This document shows, piece after piece, positions 10,886-19,820 of a stretch of DNA of 64,000 nt. Position 1 is the stretch's first letter, and each line of letters begins with the position of its first letter. The stretch is from assembly GCA_038065475.1 (NCBI GenBank), contig JBBTQY010000015.1, positions 6,608 to 70,607 of the forward strand, written 5' to 3'. Source of the stretch: Patescibacteria group bacterium. GTDB taxonomy: Bacteria > Patescibacteriota > Minisyncoccia > Ryanbacterales > GWA2-47-10b. The translations under genes and the position numbers were made by a program. The notes beneath the pieces are model-generated. The model had not been told where the DNA came from and made no database searches. It saw only the letters and a program-made list of their open reading frames with translations.

Positions 10886-11240
10886 GGGAGTGACAGGCCT
10901 CGACGGGGTCTCGACTCTTTGAAAATCAGGCAAGAGCAGGTGTGGTCACCTCTTTCAAAAATGCCACACGCCAATAAGTGCAAACTTATTTAACCGCCAG
11001 CCGGCGATGGCTTTTGCCTAAGCCGCAGGCGTTTCTCTAGCCACTACGTGCTAGAGCATCGGTCCGCAACCGCTAGGTGCGTGGAATGCCGGTGTTATAA
11101 TCCCTAGCTAGTGCGCACTATGCTCGATACCCGCGCGCGAAACTAATCGAGCAAACTCTCTTGCTTCGTGCTTGAGTACGCCTGTATAAATTTTTATTGA
11201 GAAGAACTTTCGGACGGCGGTTCGATTCCGCCCACTTCCA
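10886..11240 (+). ncRNA. ssrA: tmRNA; predicted tag (A)ANLFNRQPAMAFA*
   Basis: 5' GGGAGTG pairs with 3' CACTTCC-A including G3-U; T-arm GGCGGTTCGATTCCGCC; tag ORF 10980-11021; directly after smpB. Confidence 0.93.
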
Positions 11241-11293
11241 CTGAAATAGTTCGTTTACAACCGACAACGCAGCTAACCTTGTAGGAGAATCAA

Positions 11294-11506
11294 ATGCTCT
11301 GCACAATTTGCAAGCAAAGAGAAGCGACACAGACTGTCTTTAGCCAGGACTGTTGCGAGGACAGCATCTGCTGCAGAGGCGCCGAGAGCAAAGCCGAATT
11401 CTTGGGGTCGCCAATCAAAAGCTATGATTACAGAGTCCCCTCGAGTGGGAATCGCTGGGTGCGCCGCAAGCCACCACTCGACCAGCTCGATGACGATTTG
11501 GACTAG
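11294..11506 (+). CDS. Small Cys-rich putative metal-binding protein
   Basis: SD AGGAG upstream; CxxC plus CCxxxxCC. Confidence 0.55.
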   Translation: MLCTICKQREATQTVFSQDCCEDSICCRGAESKAEFLGSPIKSYDYRVPSSGNRWVRRKPPLDQLDDDLD

Positions 11507-11543
11507 CCAGCCTGACAACGAGCGGCAAAGGAGGCCGCAGCAA

Positions 11544-12566
11544 ATGCAACCAATCTATGCCGACACGCTCGGCTTCATCGGCGGCAAAATGGGGCCGCCA
11601 GAGTTCACGCCCGAGATCTTCGCGCGCTTGCGCGAGAGCGGCGTGCGACTTGTTCAGTGGGCTGGACCCCATCCGGCCCATCAGAAATGGGAAAACCTCA
11701 TCCACGAGGTGCGCGAGACTGAGGGACGATTGGAGAGTCTTCCGCACCAATTCCGAATCGTACGAAACGGCCGTGACCTCAGGGTCATCGAGCACACCGA
11801 CATCGTCTACGTGGTAATGGGAATTCAAAACCCTTGTCTCATTGAAGATCGATGGGATCGACTCGATGAGCTCAAGGAGGCTGGGGTGCGCGTCATGCAA
11901 GTCGCCTACTGGGACGAGCGTGATGCCATCTACGGGTGCGGATACCTGACCGAGAACGACACGGGACTCACCGCCCTCGGGCATGAATACCTCCGGGAGC
12001 TCGCGAAACGCGGATTCATCCTCGATCTCTCCCACACAGGAGAGCGTACTGCTCTCGAAGCACTCGAGGCGTACTCAGGTCGCGTAATGATCTCGCATAC
12101 GGGCAGCCGCCAAGCCTACAATCATCCCCGTAACGCGACAAACGACATCATCCGCCGGGTGGCGGAACGGGATGGCATCATCGGCATCTACACCATGACC
12201 TTCTTCCTCGATGCTGAAAACAATGGCATCGAGTCGTGGCTTCGGCACGTCGACTACGTCGCGCATACGGCCAACTGGCGTTGGGCAAACACCATCACCG
12301 TCGGGTCCGATGCACCAGTCACGGGCTTTACCAACATCGAGGAAGCCGAGGCAGATTTCCCACGGCTCACGGCCTCGCTCGAACGCGGACGACCCATCAA
12401 TCCTCGATGGGCACCGCGCTGGCCTGCGTTCACACCGGAGTTCAACGGGACAGACCGGTTTCGTGTGATGGAACGTGCACTTGCAGCATGGTGTGGGCTG
12501 GAGGTAGCGAGCAGAATCTGCGGCACCAACGCTCGCAACTTCTATCTCTACTCAATCAAACCTTAG
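11544..12566 (+). CDS. Membrane dipeptidase (peptidase M19)-like amidohydrolase
   Basis: GLTALG...ILDLSHTG...MISHTG...HPRN...GSD; SD AAGGAGG before ATG 11544. Confidence 0.85.
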   Translation: MQPIYADTLGFIGGKMGPPEFTPEIFARLRESGVRLVQWAGPHPAHQKWENLIHEVRETEGRLESLPHQFRIVRNGRDLRVIEHTDIVYVVMGIQNPCLIEDRWDRLDELKEAGVRVMQVAYWDERDAIYGCGYLTENDTGLTALGHEYLRELAKRGFILDLSHTGERTALEALEAYSGRVMISHTGSRQAYNHPRNATNDIIRRVAERDGIIGIYTMTFFLDAENNGIESWLRHVDYVAHTANWRWANTITVGSDAPVTGFTNIEEAEADFPRLTASLERGRPINPRWAPRWPAFTPEFNGTDRFRVMERALAAWCGLEVASRICGTNARNFYLYSIKP

Positions 12567-12733
12567 CCGACCCAAAACGGGGGTCGCCGTAAACAAACCG
12601 TTCCGGCTCGCGCGTTCCACGTGCGAGCCGTTTTTTATGATAAAAAAATTGAAAAATTATTGTTGACAACTCGGCTTTTTCTAATCTATAAGAAAAGAAG
12701 TAGATCTTCGCAAGAAGAGAACAAGGAGGCCAT

Positions 12734-13219
12734 GTGTTGTCCACGATTCTTTTGCTCGTAGCACTCGCGGCTCCCCCGACTTCCTCAACGCCCCCGCCAC
12801 AGGCGTCGCAATCCAGCTCAGTGCCAGATTGTACCGGGGAGAAGGTGAAGGACTTCGAGCCGGTACTGCACGAACACGACAGCACTATTCAAGCCGTAGG
12901 GCTCGGTCGTTCGCTCTATGAGAACTCCGGCACGGGTCGCAAGTGTCTCTTCTACTCCTCAAGTAAGGGAGGAGAAGTAATCTGGCAGACGCGAAGAGAT
13001 GACGACGGTTCTTTCACCGCATGGGTACTACAAAAAGACAAGTCGTATCGAAAGTACGAAAACGCGGCCATACGGTATGATAACGAGATTCAGCAAGATG
13101 AAGAAGGAAACGAGACTCTCGTTTTCCTGCTCGAGATAGTGCGCCCGAACAACAACATGAAGGATGTGGTGGACACCGCTTCGTTCGCCTTCGAAATAAA
13201 GCGGGGCCGGAGCGCGTAA
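12734..13219 (+). CDS. Secreted hypothetical protein
   Basis: Signal peptide, two Cys; AGGAGG SD; hairpin plus T-run downstream. Confidence 0.7.
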   Translation: MLSTILLLVALAAPPTSSTPPPQASQSSSVPDCTGEKVKDFEPVLHEHDSTIQAVGLGRSLYENSGTGRKCLFYSSSKGGEVIWQTRRDDDGSFTAWVLQKDKSYRKYENAAIRYDNEIQQDEEGNETLVFLLEIVRPNNNMKDVVDTASFAFEIKRGRSA

Positions 13220-13284
13220 GCCACGACCGAGAGCCCAACCGTTTTACACAACGGTCGGGCTTTTTTATTGATAGGTCGTTTTTA

Positions 13285-13638
13285 TTATCCCTTCTTTTTG
13301 AACTTCACCGAGAATACCGGTTCGTATTGGTTTGCATGCTCATCGGTAATTTCGACAGGCTCCCCTTTCATCATGTGCGTGAGGGCGATATCACTGAGCA
13401 TTTCTTGATCGCTCTTGAGATTGTTTTTCATACTCTCAAGCTTTGCGAACTCAGCCGCTGACTCACGCTTGATCTTTTGTTCTATCGACAATTTTTTATC
13501 ACGGATTTTGTTGTATTCCTGCACAATCTCGCGATACCCATTGGTATTTTCGAGCGCGTCTTTATATGCGCCCTTCAGATCACGCTGTTCGCGCCTGATA
13601 TCTTGTATGCGGTTAAATATTTCTTGAGCACTTTTCAT
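13285..13638 (-). CDS. Hypothetical coiled-coil protein
   Basis: Charged helical ORF ending YEPVFSVKFKK; start at ATG 13638 inferred. Confidence 0.7.
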   Translation of the reverse strand: MKSAQEIFNRIQDIRREQRDLKGAYKDALENTNGYREIVQEYNKIRDKKLSIEQKIKRESAAEFAKLESMKNNLKSDQEMLSDIALTHMMKGEPVEITDEHANQYEPVFSVKFKKKG

Positions 13639-13787
13639 AATGCCCACCTTACAGGAAAACCCCACACTCTGTCAGCACTGGATAACTTTTTGATTTGCCT
13701 AAATCATCATGCGCAAGATACGATGCAAATAGAACCCAAGGCTAGACCCTTTGAAATCTGAAGGAGGAACATAAGGAGAGACGAAGT

Positions 13788-14915
13788 ATGCAACCGCAAA
13801 CAGCGCCCGAAGAAGACGTAGAGTACCGAGCAGCCGTAGAAGCCGTAATGAAAGCAGGATATCCGGATTGCGCCGCCATCAGCAAGGCAACGGGGGTGCA
13901 AGGAATACCGCCGGCCAAGGCACTCATCGCCCGCATGCAAAAAGACGGCTTTGTCAGTACACCGAAACGTAAGGGAGAAGAACCTCGAGTCCTCGTGAAC
14001 GCTCGTGAGTTCGCCAGATACTTTGAGATACCTCCTGAGCTTGATGGCGAGACGCGTGAACTCCTCGAATTCATCGACCTCACACTCTACGAGCGCGAGG
14101 AAATCTCCATCAACGGCATCATCACCGAGTTCAAAGATCTTGGCATCAGCCGAGAAGTCGCCGAGGAAGCCCTCGGAGAGCTTGCGCGCCTGAATAAAAT
14201 AGGCGAGATCGATGGGCGCGGTACCGCAATCGTTTTCCCCCAGAGAGAAACAGCGACCGGAGATGGAACTCAACCGCAAGTAGCAAGACTCCCGAGACCC
14301 AGACCCACGAGACCTGCGCCACCGAGCATCCGTGGCAGCATCGGCGTACGCCCACCTACTCTGCGTGGTGATGATGTATCTCCACCGCCCACGCTTGTAC
14401 CAAATGCGGCAAAACCAGCGCCTGTATCTGAACCGCTCAAGTGTGCATGGCCCGGCTGCACAGAGACCAAGTTCATGAGCGTAACTCGGAAGCTTTGCTC
14501 GCGCCACAACCAACGGCTTCTGGGACTGTGGAGACGCAATGGCGGCGGACAAGGGACAAACGTACCCATGCCATCGATCACTGAAGCCGTTGCGGACTAT
14601 GAAGCTCGCTCCAAAGGCACGTCTACCGTGCATCCCATACCACTCCCTGCCCCCCCATCAACCTCTCTCACGCTCGAGAAGTACGTGGACGACTCTGCGT
14701 CTCCATCAGTAGCGCCGACAGACGAATACTCGTGGCAGACGCAAGTCGCTGAGCTTCAGCGACGCATCAGCGAGCTTGAAGCAGCCAACCAAGAACTCGA
14801 GGCCTCAGTTCGCCACCTCGAGGAGTGTCTCGCGAGACTCAAAACGGAAAGACAAGGTCTTGCTGAAACCCTTGTCTCCAACCCATTCCTCCAAAACCTC
14901 ATCACTCTGCGATGA
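13788..14915 (+). CDS. Hypothetical protein: FtsK-gamma-like winged helix, second winged helix, Pro linker, C-C-C-H finger, coiled coil
   Basis: YRAAVEAVM...AKALIARMQKDGFVS...PRVLV; CAWPGC...LCSRH; heptad-repeat tail; SD AAGGAGA. Confidence 0.65.
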   Translation: MQPQTAPEEDVEYRAAVEAVMKAGYPDCAAISKATGVQGIPPAKALIARMQKDGFVSTPKRKGEEPRVLVNAREFARYFEIPPELDGETRELLEFIDLTLYEREEISINGIITEFKDLGISREVAEEALGELARLNKIGEIDGRGTAIVFPQRETATGDGTQPQVARLPRPRPTRPAPPSIRGSIGVRPPTLRGDDVSPPPTLVPNAAKPAPVSEPLKCAWPGCTETKFMSVTRKLCSRHNQRLLGLWRRNGGGQGTNVPMPSITEAVADYEARSKGTSTVHPIPLPAPPSTSLTLEKYVDDSASPSVAPTDEYSWQTQVAELQRRISELEAANQELEASVRHLEECLARLKTERQGLAETLVSNPFLQNLITLR

Positions 14916-14965
14916 GTCCGTTCAGCCTTGCGCGTCACACGCCAAGGCTGTTTTTTTATATATTT

Positions 14966-16891
14966 TTATTTTTTGAAATATTCGTAATCACGCCCATCGG
15001 TAAAGTGATTCCTGCCATCAGCCGTCATACATCCCTCAAATGCTGCCTGCGAGCGCGCCTCGCCATCACGCATCGGTTGCATCGTATGCCACATGTCTCC
15101 ATACGCCTCACATGATCGCTGAAAAGGACCTTTGAGTAACGTGCTATTTGCAACCCATACAACGCAGGCACACAGGAGCGCCGCACCAAGTCCTCGCCAA
15201 AAATCTCTATCAGATACCACAAACTCGCCATCAAACGTCATGCTGCCCGTCCACCACCAAAGAAAGCCTGAGAGCATAATAATACCCGCCAATGCTGCAC
15301 CGAGCATCATCTCCAATATTTTTTCGCGCCCACTTTCAACTAGTGGCCAATTTGATTCATATGAAGCTACAGCGTCATATACTCCGTCGCGCTGTGCCGT
15401 CACATCAAAACGCCACGCACCTGCGGGAGTAATCACCTCTTTGGGCACTGCATACCCGCCGTCAAAACGCTTCTCGATGGGCGCTACAATCGGGCCGATG
15501 TTATACGCGCTATTAGTCAATGTCACTATAGTATTGCGCACGGGCATCTCACTCTCTACCTCGACGATGAGCGTGCCGGGTTCTGCAAGACGCTCTTCGA
15601 GCGTAAGTGTGGCGCCATTGCTTTCCACCTGGTGAAGTATCATCTCGGGCGCGCCAAGTGGTGGCGTCGTGATGATGATGAATGCCGTCGCAAAAAGCGC
15701 CAACACGCCCGCAAACATTTCGAACACCAATAGTAAAGAAAGATATTTTTGTAGTGCAGGTCGCATGCGGAGCGCGTACCATCCAGCAATGCGTGCCGCA
15801 AACAACATGCCACCAAACAAAGAAAGGATGACAAACATCCTACCCCACGAGGTACCGAGTACGTTGCCGAATCCCTTAAGATGCAGCCATACAATGTACA
15901 CGCCCGTGATACCCGCCACAAGCAAACAAATAATCGTCAGGCGCGCGAGTTTTTTGAGAAATATATTTACCTGCGTACGATCCTTGAGTGGTAATATCGC
16001 CTCAACCGCTATGATGAGCGCCCCGATCCATAGGTCTTTAAAAAAGAGATGTACCGTGTTGATTACCACTGAAAGCTCAGGCATCACTTTTGAGGCAGCT
16101 GCGTGACTGATGAGTGAACGTAAAAACACCATGCCGATTACTGCAAGCCATGCGAGTACTCGTACGCGCTGCCACGTAAAAAGTACTACGAGCGCAAGCC
16201 CTGCGCGCGCTGCGGCAGCCATACCTGCGTTGGTAGACATAAACGGCATAAACGCATCGGTGAGACTCGCGCCACGTACACCCGCAAGCTGATTTGTTTT
16301 GAGTCCTATGAAAGCAACAGCACCAATCACTACAAGCCACGCACCAAATATCACGAGACGCCACATGCGCCGCTTCTCACCCCACGCAAACATCACGAGT
16401 GCCGCAAGGAGTATCGCCTGCCCAATCAACTCTATCCAAAGTGTTACAGCCTCGGGTACTGCCGAGCTATGCGAAACCTCAAAACGCTCGGCGCCTGCGG
16501 CTGCGGCCACCCCTATGCCAAACGCGTAGGCACCTTTGGTAAAATGCCCATCATCAGATGACACTACCTGCCACGAAACAGTATATGAACCTTGTGCCAA
16601 TGCACCAAGCTCGACTAAAAAACGATGAGCATCGACCGGATCAACGCGCGCGGGCCCTTGCTCGACATGAGATCCGTCTGCCGCAAAAACTACAATACTC
16701 GACGCGCGCTCTTCTATGCGCTCACTAAAAACAATCGTAATACGCTCGGGCGCCGCCTCAAGGCGCGCACCTGAGTCAGGCTCATAGATAGTGGGTGTCG
16801 CATGCGCCCATGCGCGCCCAGGTATGAGCGCGCAGAGAGCCAATGCGACGATAACTTTTTTAGACAACTTTTTTGGCCTTAGAGAGAGCAA
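14966..16891 (-). CDS. CopC/CopD fusion copper transport protein (YcnJ-like)
   Basis: AWAHA, WQVVSSDDGHFTKG (CopC); SHAA, VHL...W.G transmembrane region (CopD). Confidence 0.88.
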   Translation of the reverse strand: MLSLRPKKLSKKVIVALALCALIPGRAWAHATPTIYEPDSGARLEAAPERITIVFSERIEERASSIVVFAADGSHVEQGPARVDPVDAHRFLVELGALAQGSYTVSWQVVSSDDGHFTKGAYAFGIGVAAAAGAERFEVSHSSAVPEAVTLWIELIGQAILLAALVMFAWGEKRRMWRLVIFGAWLVVIGAVAFIGLKTNQLAGVRGASLTDAFMPFMSTNAGMAAAARAGLALVVLFTWQRVRVLAWLAVIGMVFLRSLISHAAASKVMPELSVVINTVHLFFKDLWIGALIIAVEAILPLKDRTQVNIFLKKLARLTIICLLVAGITGVYIVWLHLKGFGNVLGTSWGRMFVILSLFGGMLFAARIAGWYALRMRPALQKYLSLLLVFEMFAGVLALFATAFIIITTPPLGAPEMILHQVESNGATLTLEERLAEPGTLIVEVESEMPVRNTIVTLTNSAYNIGPIVAPIEKRFDGGYAVPKEVITPAGAWRFDVTAQRDGVYDAVASYESNWPLVESGREKILEMMLGAALAGIIMLSGFLWWWTGSMTFDGEFVVSDRDFWRGLGAALLCACVVWVANSTLLKGPFQRSCEAYGDMWHTMQPMRDGEARSQAAFEGCMTADGRNHFTDGRDYEYFKK

Positions 16892-17582
16892 ATCCAGCGA
16901 TACCTACGCCAATCAAACCAATCAATATACCAACAGCGCCGACAGTCTTGGCTTTGCCAGCATATTGTTCGGCTCTATCAATACGCGCACCGATGCCGAC
17001 GACATCGGCAGACGGTTCAGGAAACCCAAGATCAGCTTTGGCCATAGGGCAGCCGAACGCGCCACCCTTTGACATACGCGCGACAGCATCAGTCATCTTG
17101 ATCATGGTATTGTCATCTTCTGCGCGTGGGTGACCTGCGGGATTACAGGTAAACGAAAGATCCACCGCTACCCCATCAATGGTGCCCTTGAAACGGTATG
17201 TGTAGGTCGTCATCACGGTTGGAACAAAAACCGCACGATACGCACCTGGATCATTGTACGCGGGTGTGAGTGCGAGCTCTTTTGATTTACCGCCCGCGGT
17301 AAGCTCAACCTTGAGTGTCTGCTCAAGCCCAGTGACCGGAGCACCCTCCTCATCATGGCCAGCTGCAGCTCCATGGTCATCTTCGTGCGCGGGTGCAGCA
17401 CCGAGCTTTTTGACACGCAATTCCACCCCCGTCTTGTCATCTACTGCGATAGGTTCGGCAAGCGATCCTACCGTAAACTCATAAAGATTATTGCCAATTT
17501 TATAGACATGATGCTCATGTGCAAACGCGAGCGCAGGTGATAGAAACAAACCTGCCATCGCCAATACTGCAATTTTTTTCAT
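16860..17582 (-). CDS. Exported His-rich protein with C-terminal anchor, probably metal-associated
   Basis: Signal peptide AFA-HEHH, HEDDH segment, C-terminal TM helix; co-oriented with copCD. Confidence 0.65.
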   Translation of the reverse strand: MKKIAVLAMAGLFLSPALAFAHEHHVYKIGNNLYEFTVGSLAEPIAVDDKTGVELRVKKLGAAPAHEDDHGAAAGHDEEGAPVTGLEQTLKVELTAGGKSKELALTPAYNDPGAYRAVFVPTVMTTYTYRFKGTIDGVAVDLSFTCNPAGHPRAEDDNTMIKMTDAVARMSKGGAFGCPMAKADLGFPEPSADVVGIGARIDRAEQYAGKAKTVGAVGILIGLIGVGIAGFALSKAKKVV

Positions 17583-17623
17583 AAGGAATAAAGATTAGTC
17601 TGATAAAAACTTAAAAAAGGTTT

Positions 17624-17950
17624 TTACCAGACTTTGGTGTGGAGAATGCCTCGCTGAAAAAATATCAAAAGATCATGCCGTGCGACCCGCACCAAGACAA
17701 CAAAACAATTTATCGAGTGTCGCAAAAAATAGAGAGAAAGAGTCATGCGTGCCCTGGTAGTCTGTACCAGCATAAAAAGACCGCAGAGCAGGGCGATCAA
17801 TAACATCTTGCGATTGTCACCGTGCAGTGGAGAGGCTGGCTCACCGCCAAAAAGTGTATGCGGGTGATCATGTTCTGCGTGTGCATCGTGCGCTAAAAAT
17901 GTCATCACCAAAAAAAGCGCGAGAAATGGGATAAGGAAAATCCTCAACAT
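17624..17950 (-). CDS. Small His-rich membrane protein
   Basis: HDAHAEHDHPH between hydrophobic segments. Confidence 0.5.
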   Translation of the reverse strand: MLRIFLIPFLALFLVMTFLAHDAHAEHDHPHTLFGGEPASPLHGDNRKMLLIALLCGLFMLVQTTRARMTLSLYFLRHSINCFVVLVRVARHDLLIFFQRGILHTKVW

Positions 17951-17970
17951 ACGTCCAGTATATCAAAAAC

Positions 17971-18129
17971 TTAGCACTGTGGGCACGATACCGTAGCCAT
18001 TGCTACTGAATCTATCTCACTATCGATCTCGAGAATCGTGTACTGGATGTATCCCCAGAGCCCGAACCCGACGATAACGATGAGTGAAATGGCCCAGAAA
18101 AACCATCTATCGCGGATCATACCTTCCAT
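17971..18129 (-). CDS. Small single-TM protein (52 aa, below the ORF-track cutoff)
   Basis: Manual translation MEGMIRDRWFFWAISLIVIVGFGLWGYIQY...CPQC*. Confidence 0.45.
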   Translation of the reverse strand: MEGMIRDRWFFWAISLIVIVGFGLWGYIQYTILEIDSEIDSVAMATVSCPQC

Positions 18130-18198
18130 ATTTTCATACTATAAAAGACTGACAGCGCAAGGCAAAATGATTCTTGTTGATAGCCATGTTGGTTGGTC

Positions 18199-18227
18199 TT
18201 GACAAAAAAAGTATTTTTTATCATAAT
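18199..18227 (+). promoter_or_regulatory. Sigma70-type promoter
   Basis: TTGACA-N17-CATAAT. Confidence 0.7.
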
Positions 18228-18274
18228 CTTTCGAGAGCGGGCGAGTCTTTTTCGCCGACAACAAGGGAGGAAGC

Positions 18275-18619
18275 GTGCGAAGACATGAACGAGTCATCTG
18301 CCTCTGGTTTACGGGGCGCCCTATCACCGAAGAGATCGCTGAAGTTCTCTTCAATACCGCTCGCGAGATGCACCGCGAGTCCCGTACGGAGCAGCGCATC
18401 CGACGCCCCAACATGGAAGGCGTCGTGACCTCGACGGGCGCCGTCTACTCGATCGGCGGCATGGGAGGACCCGTATTCAACGTTGAGCTCGAGACAGATG
18501 CCGGCACCCTCAAGGTACGGTACCTCGCACGCACGCGAGACCTCGAGAGCGACGACGAGATCTCGTGGGACGTCTACTACCCTCCGACACACCCGAGCAT
18601 GAACGCCCACCACAACTGA
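18275..18619 (+). CDS. Hypothetical protein (GC-rich solo gene)
   Basis: Promoter plus GGGAGGA SD upstream of GTG. Confidence 0.6.
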   Translation: MRRHERVICLWFTGRPITEEIAEVLFNTAREMHRESRTEQRIRRPNMEGVVTSTGAVYSIGGMGGPVFNVELETDAGTLKVRYLARTRDLESDDEISWDVYYPPTHPSMNAHHN

Positions 18620-18714
18620 AGGACCGCGGTCCATCTTGGCGACCATCGCCGGGGTGGGCCCTTTTTATACCTACTCTTGACTTTAGAGCAGAATATCACT
18701 ACACTATAGAAACG

Positions 18715-19317
18715 TTGGTACCAAAAACACGCATCAATCAAGCGATTAGCGCACCTGAACTCCGAGTCATCGGGGCTACGGGTGATAATATTGGTATCAA
18801 ATCACGAGACGAGGCCCTCGCACTTGCACTAGATGCCGGCCTCGATCTTATCGAGATTTCGCCTACGGCTAAGCCCCCCGTAGTTCGCATCATGGACTGG
18901 GGAAAGTACCAGTACCAACTCGAGAAAGATGCTCGAAAGGCAAAAAAGAAGTCGCACGAGATTGAGATAAAAGGCATTCGCGTACGCCTCGGTACCGGCT
19001 CACATGACCTCGTCATGAAAGCCAAGCAAGCAGAAAAGTTCTTGAAAGCGGGTCACCGCCTCCAGATTCAGCTCACCTTGCGCGGCCGAGAAAAATATAT
19101 TGATAAAAACTTTGTTCACGACAGGCTCACCAAACTTCTTGAGGCGATTACCGTCCCTCACAAGATTGCGGAAAAGCCCAAGAAAGGTCCCCGTGGACTC
19201 CTTATGACCATAGAACCCGAACATCATGGCAAAAACAAACAAAGCAGTCCTGCGCCGAGTCCGAGTAACCAAAAACGGGAAAGTACTCAAGCGCCGGCCG
19301 CATCAAAACCACTTTAG
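18715..19317 (+). CDS. infC: Translation initiation factor IF-3
   Basis: RINQAI...GLDLIEISPTAKPPVVRIMDWGKYQY, LRGRE; non-ATG start inferred; TTGACT-N17-TACACT at 18677-18705. Confidence 0.93.
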   Translation: MVPKTRINQAISAPELRVIGATGDNIGIKSRDEALALALDAGLDLIEISPTAKPPVVRIMDWGKYQYQLEKDARKAKKKSHEIEIKGIRVRLGTGSHDLVMKAKQAEKFLKAGHRLQIQLTLRGREKYIDKNFVHDRLTKLLEAITVPHKIAEKPKKGPRGLLMTIEPEHHGKNKQSSPAPSPSNQKRESTQAPAASKPL

Positions 19318-19411
19318 CGCAAAAAAAAGCCGTTCACGCCAAATGGCGAACAACAAAACCAAAGAATTTTCTTTTGGTAAAATTATCAAAGACCGTTATC
19401 TCCCCAACTAA
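19226..19411 (+). CDS. rpmI: 50S ribosomal protein L35
   Basis: KTNKAVLRRVRVTKNGK; infC-rpmI-rplT order. Confidence 0.9.
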   Translation: MAKTNKAVLRRVRVTKNGKVLKRRPHQNHFSAKKSRSRQMANNKTKEFSFGKIIKDRYLPN

Positions 19412-19420
19412 CACACTTTC

Positions 19421-19765
19421 ATGACACGCGTAAAACGAGGTGTCGGCGCGCTCAAACGTCGCCGATCCGTCCTCAAACAAACCAAGGGATTTCGCTGGCA
19501 GCGCAGCAAAAAAGAGCGCGCCGCTAAAGAAGCCCTGCTCCACGCCTATACCCACTCATTCCAAGACCGCAGAAAGAAAAAGCGCGTTATGCGCAAGACC
19601 TGGAATGTAAAGATTAGTGCAGCAGCAAAGGGCTCGGGTACCTCCTACAGCAAGCTGATGGGAGCGCTCAAAAAAGCAGATATCAAGATTGATCGCAAGA
19701 TCCTCTCGACACTTGCCGAACATCACCCAAAGGCATTCGACGCAGTCCTCGCCCAGGTAAAATAG
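19421..19765 (+). CDS. rplT: 50S ribosomal protein L20
   Basis: MTRVKRG, DRRKKKR, IDRKILS. Confidence 0.96.
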   Translation: MTRVKRGVGALKRRRSVLKQTKGFRWQRSKKERAAKEALLHAYTHSFQDRRKKKRVMRKTWNVKISAAAKGSGTSYSKLMGALKKADIKIDRKILSTLAEHHPKAFDAVLAQVK

Positions 19766-19770
19766 AGCTC

Positions 19771-19804
19771 AAACAAAAAATCCCCGTACGGGGATTTTTT
19801 GTTT
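19771..19804. terminator. Bidirectional intrinsic terminator
   Basis: AAACAAAAAATCCCCGTACGGGGATTTTTTGTTT palindrome between convergent genes. Confidence 0.85.
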
Positions 19805-19820
19805 GGTTTAACTCTATCTC

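Noticed and set aside
11195-11240. tRNA-like T-arm and acceptor end
   Set aside because: Part of the tmRNA; no separate tRNA gene was recognised in the window
18545-18590. SDDEISWDVYY resembles TR-encoded SDDEKWNVNA, suggesting a remote VR
   Set aside because: Only about 10 nt match exactly; extending the match needs an indel and non-adenine mismatches
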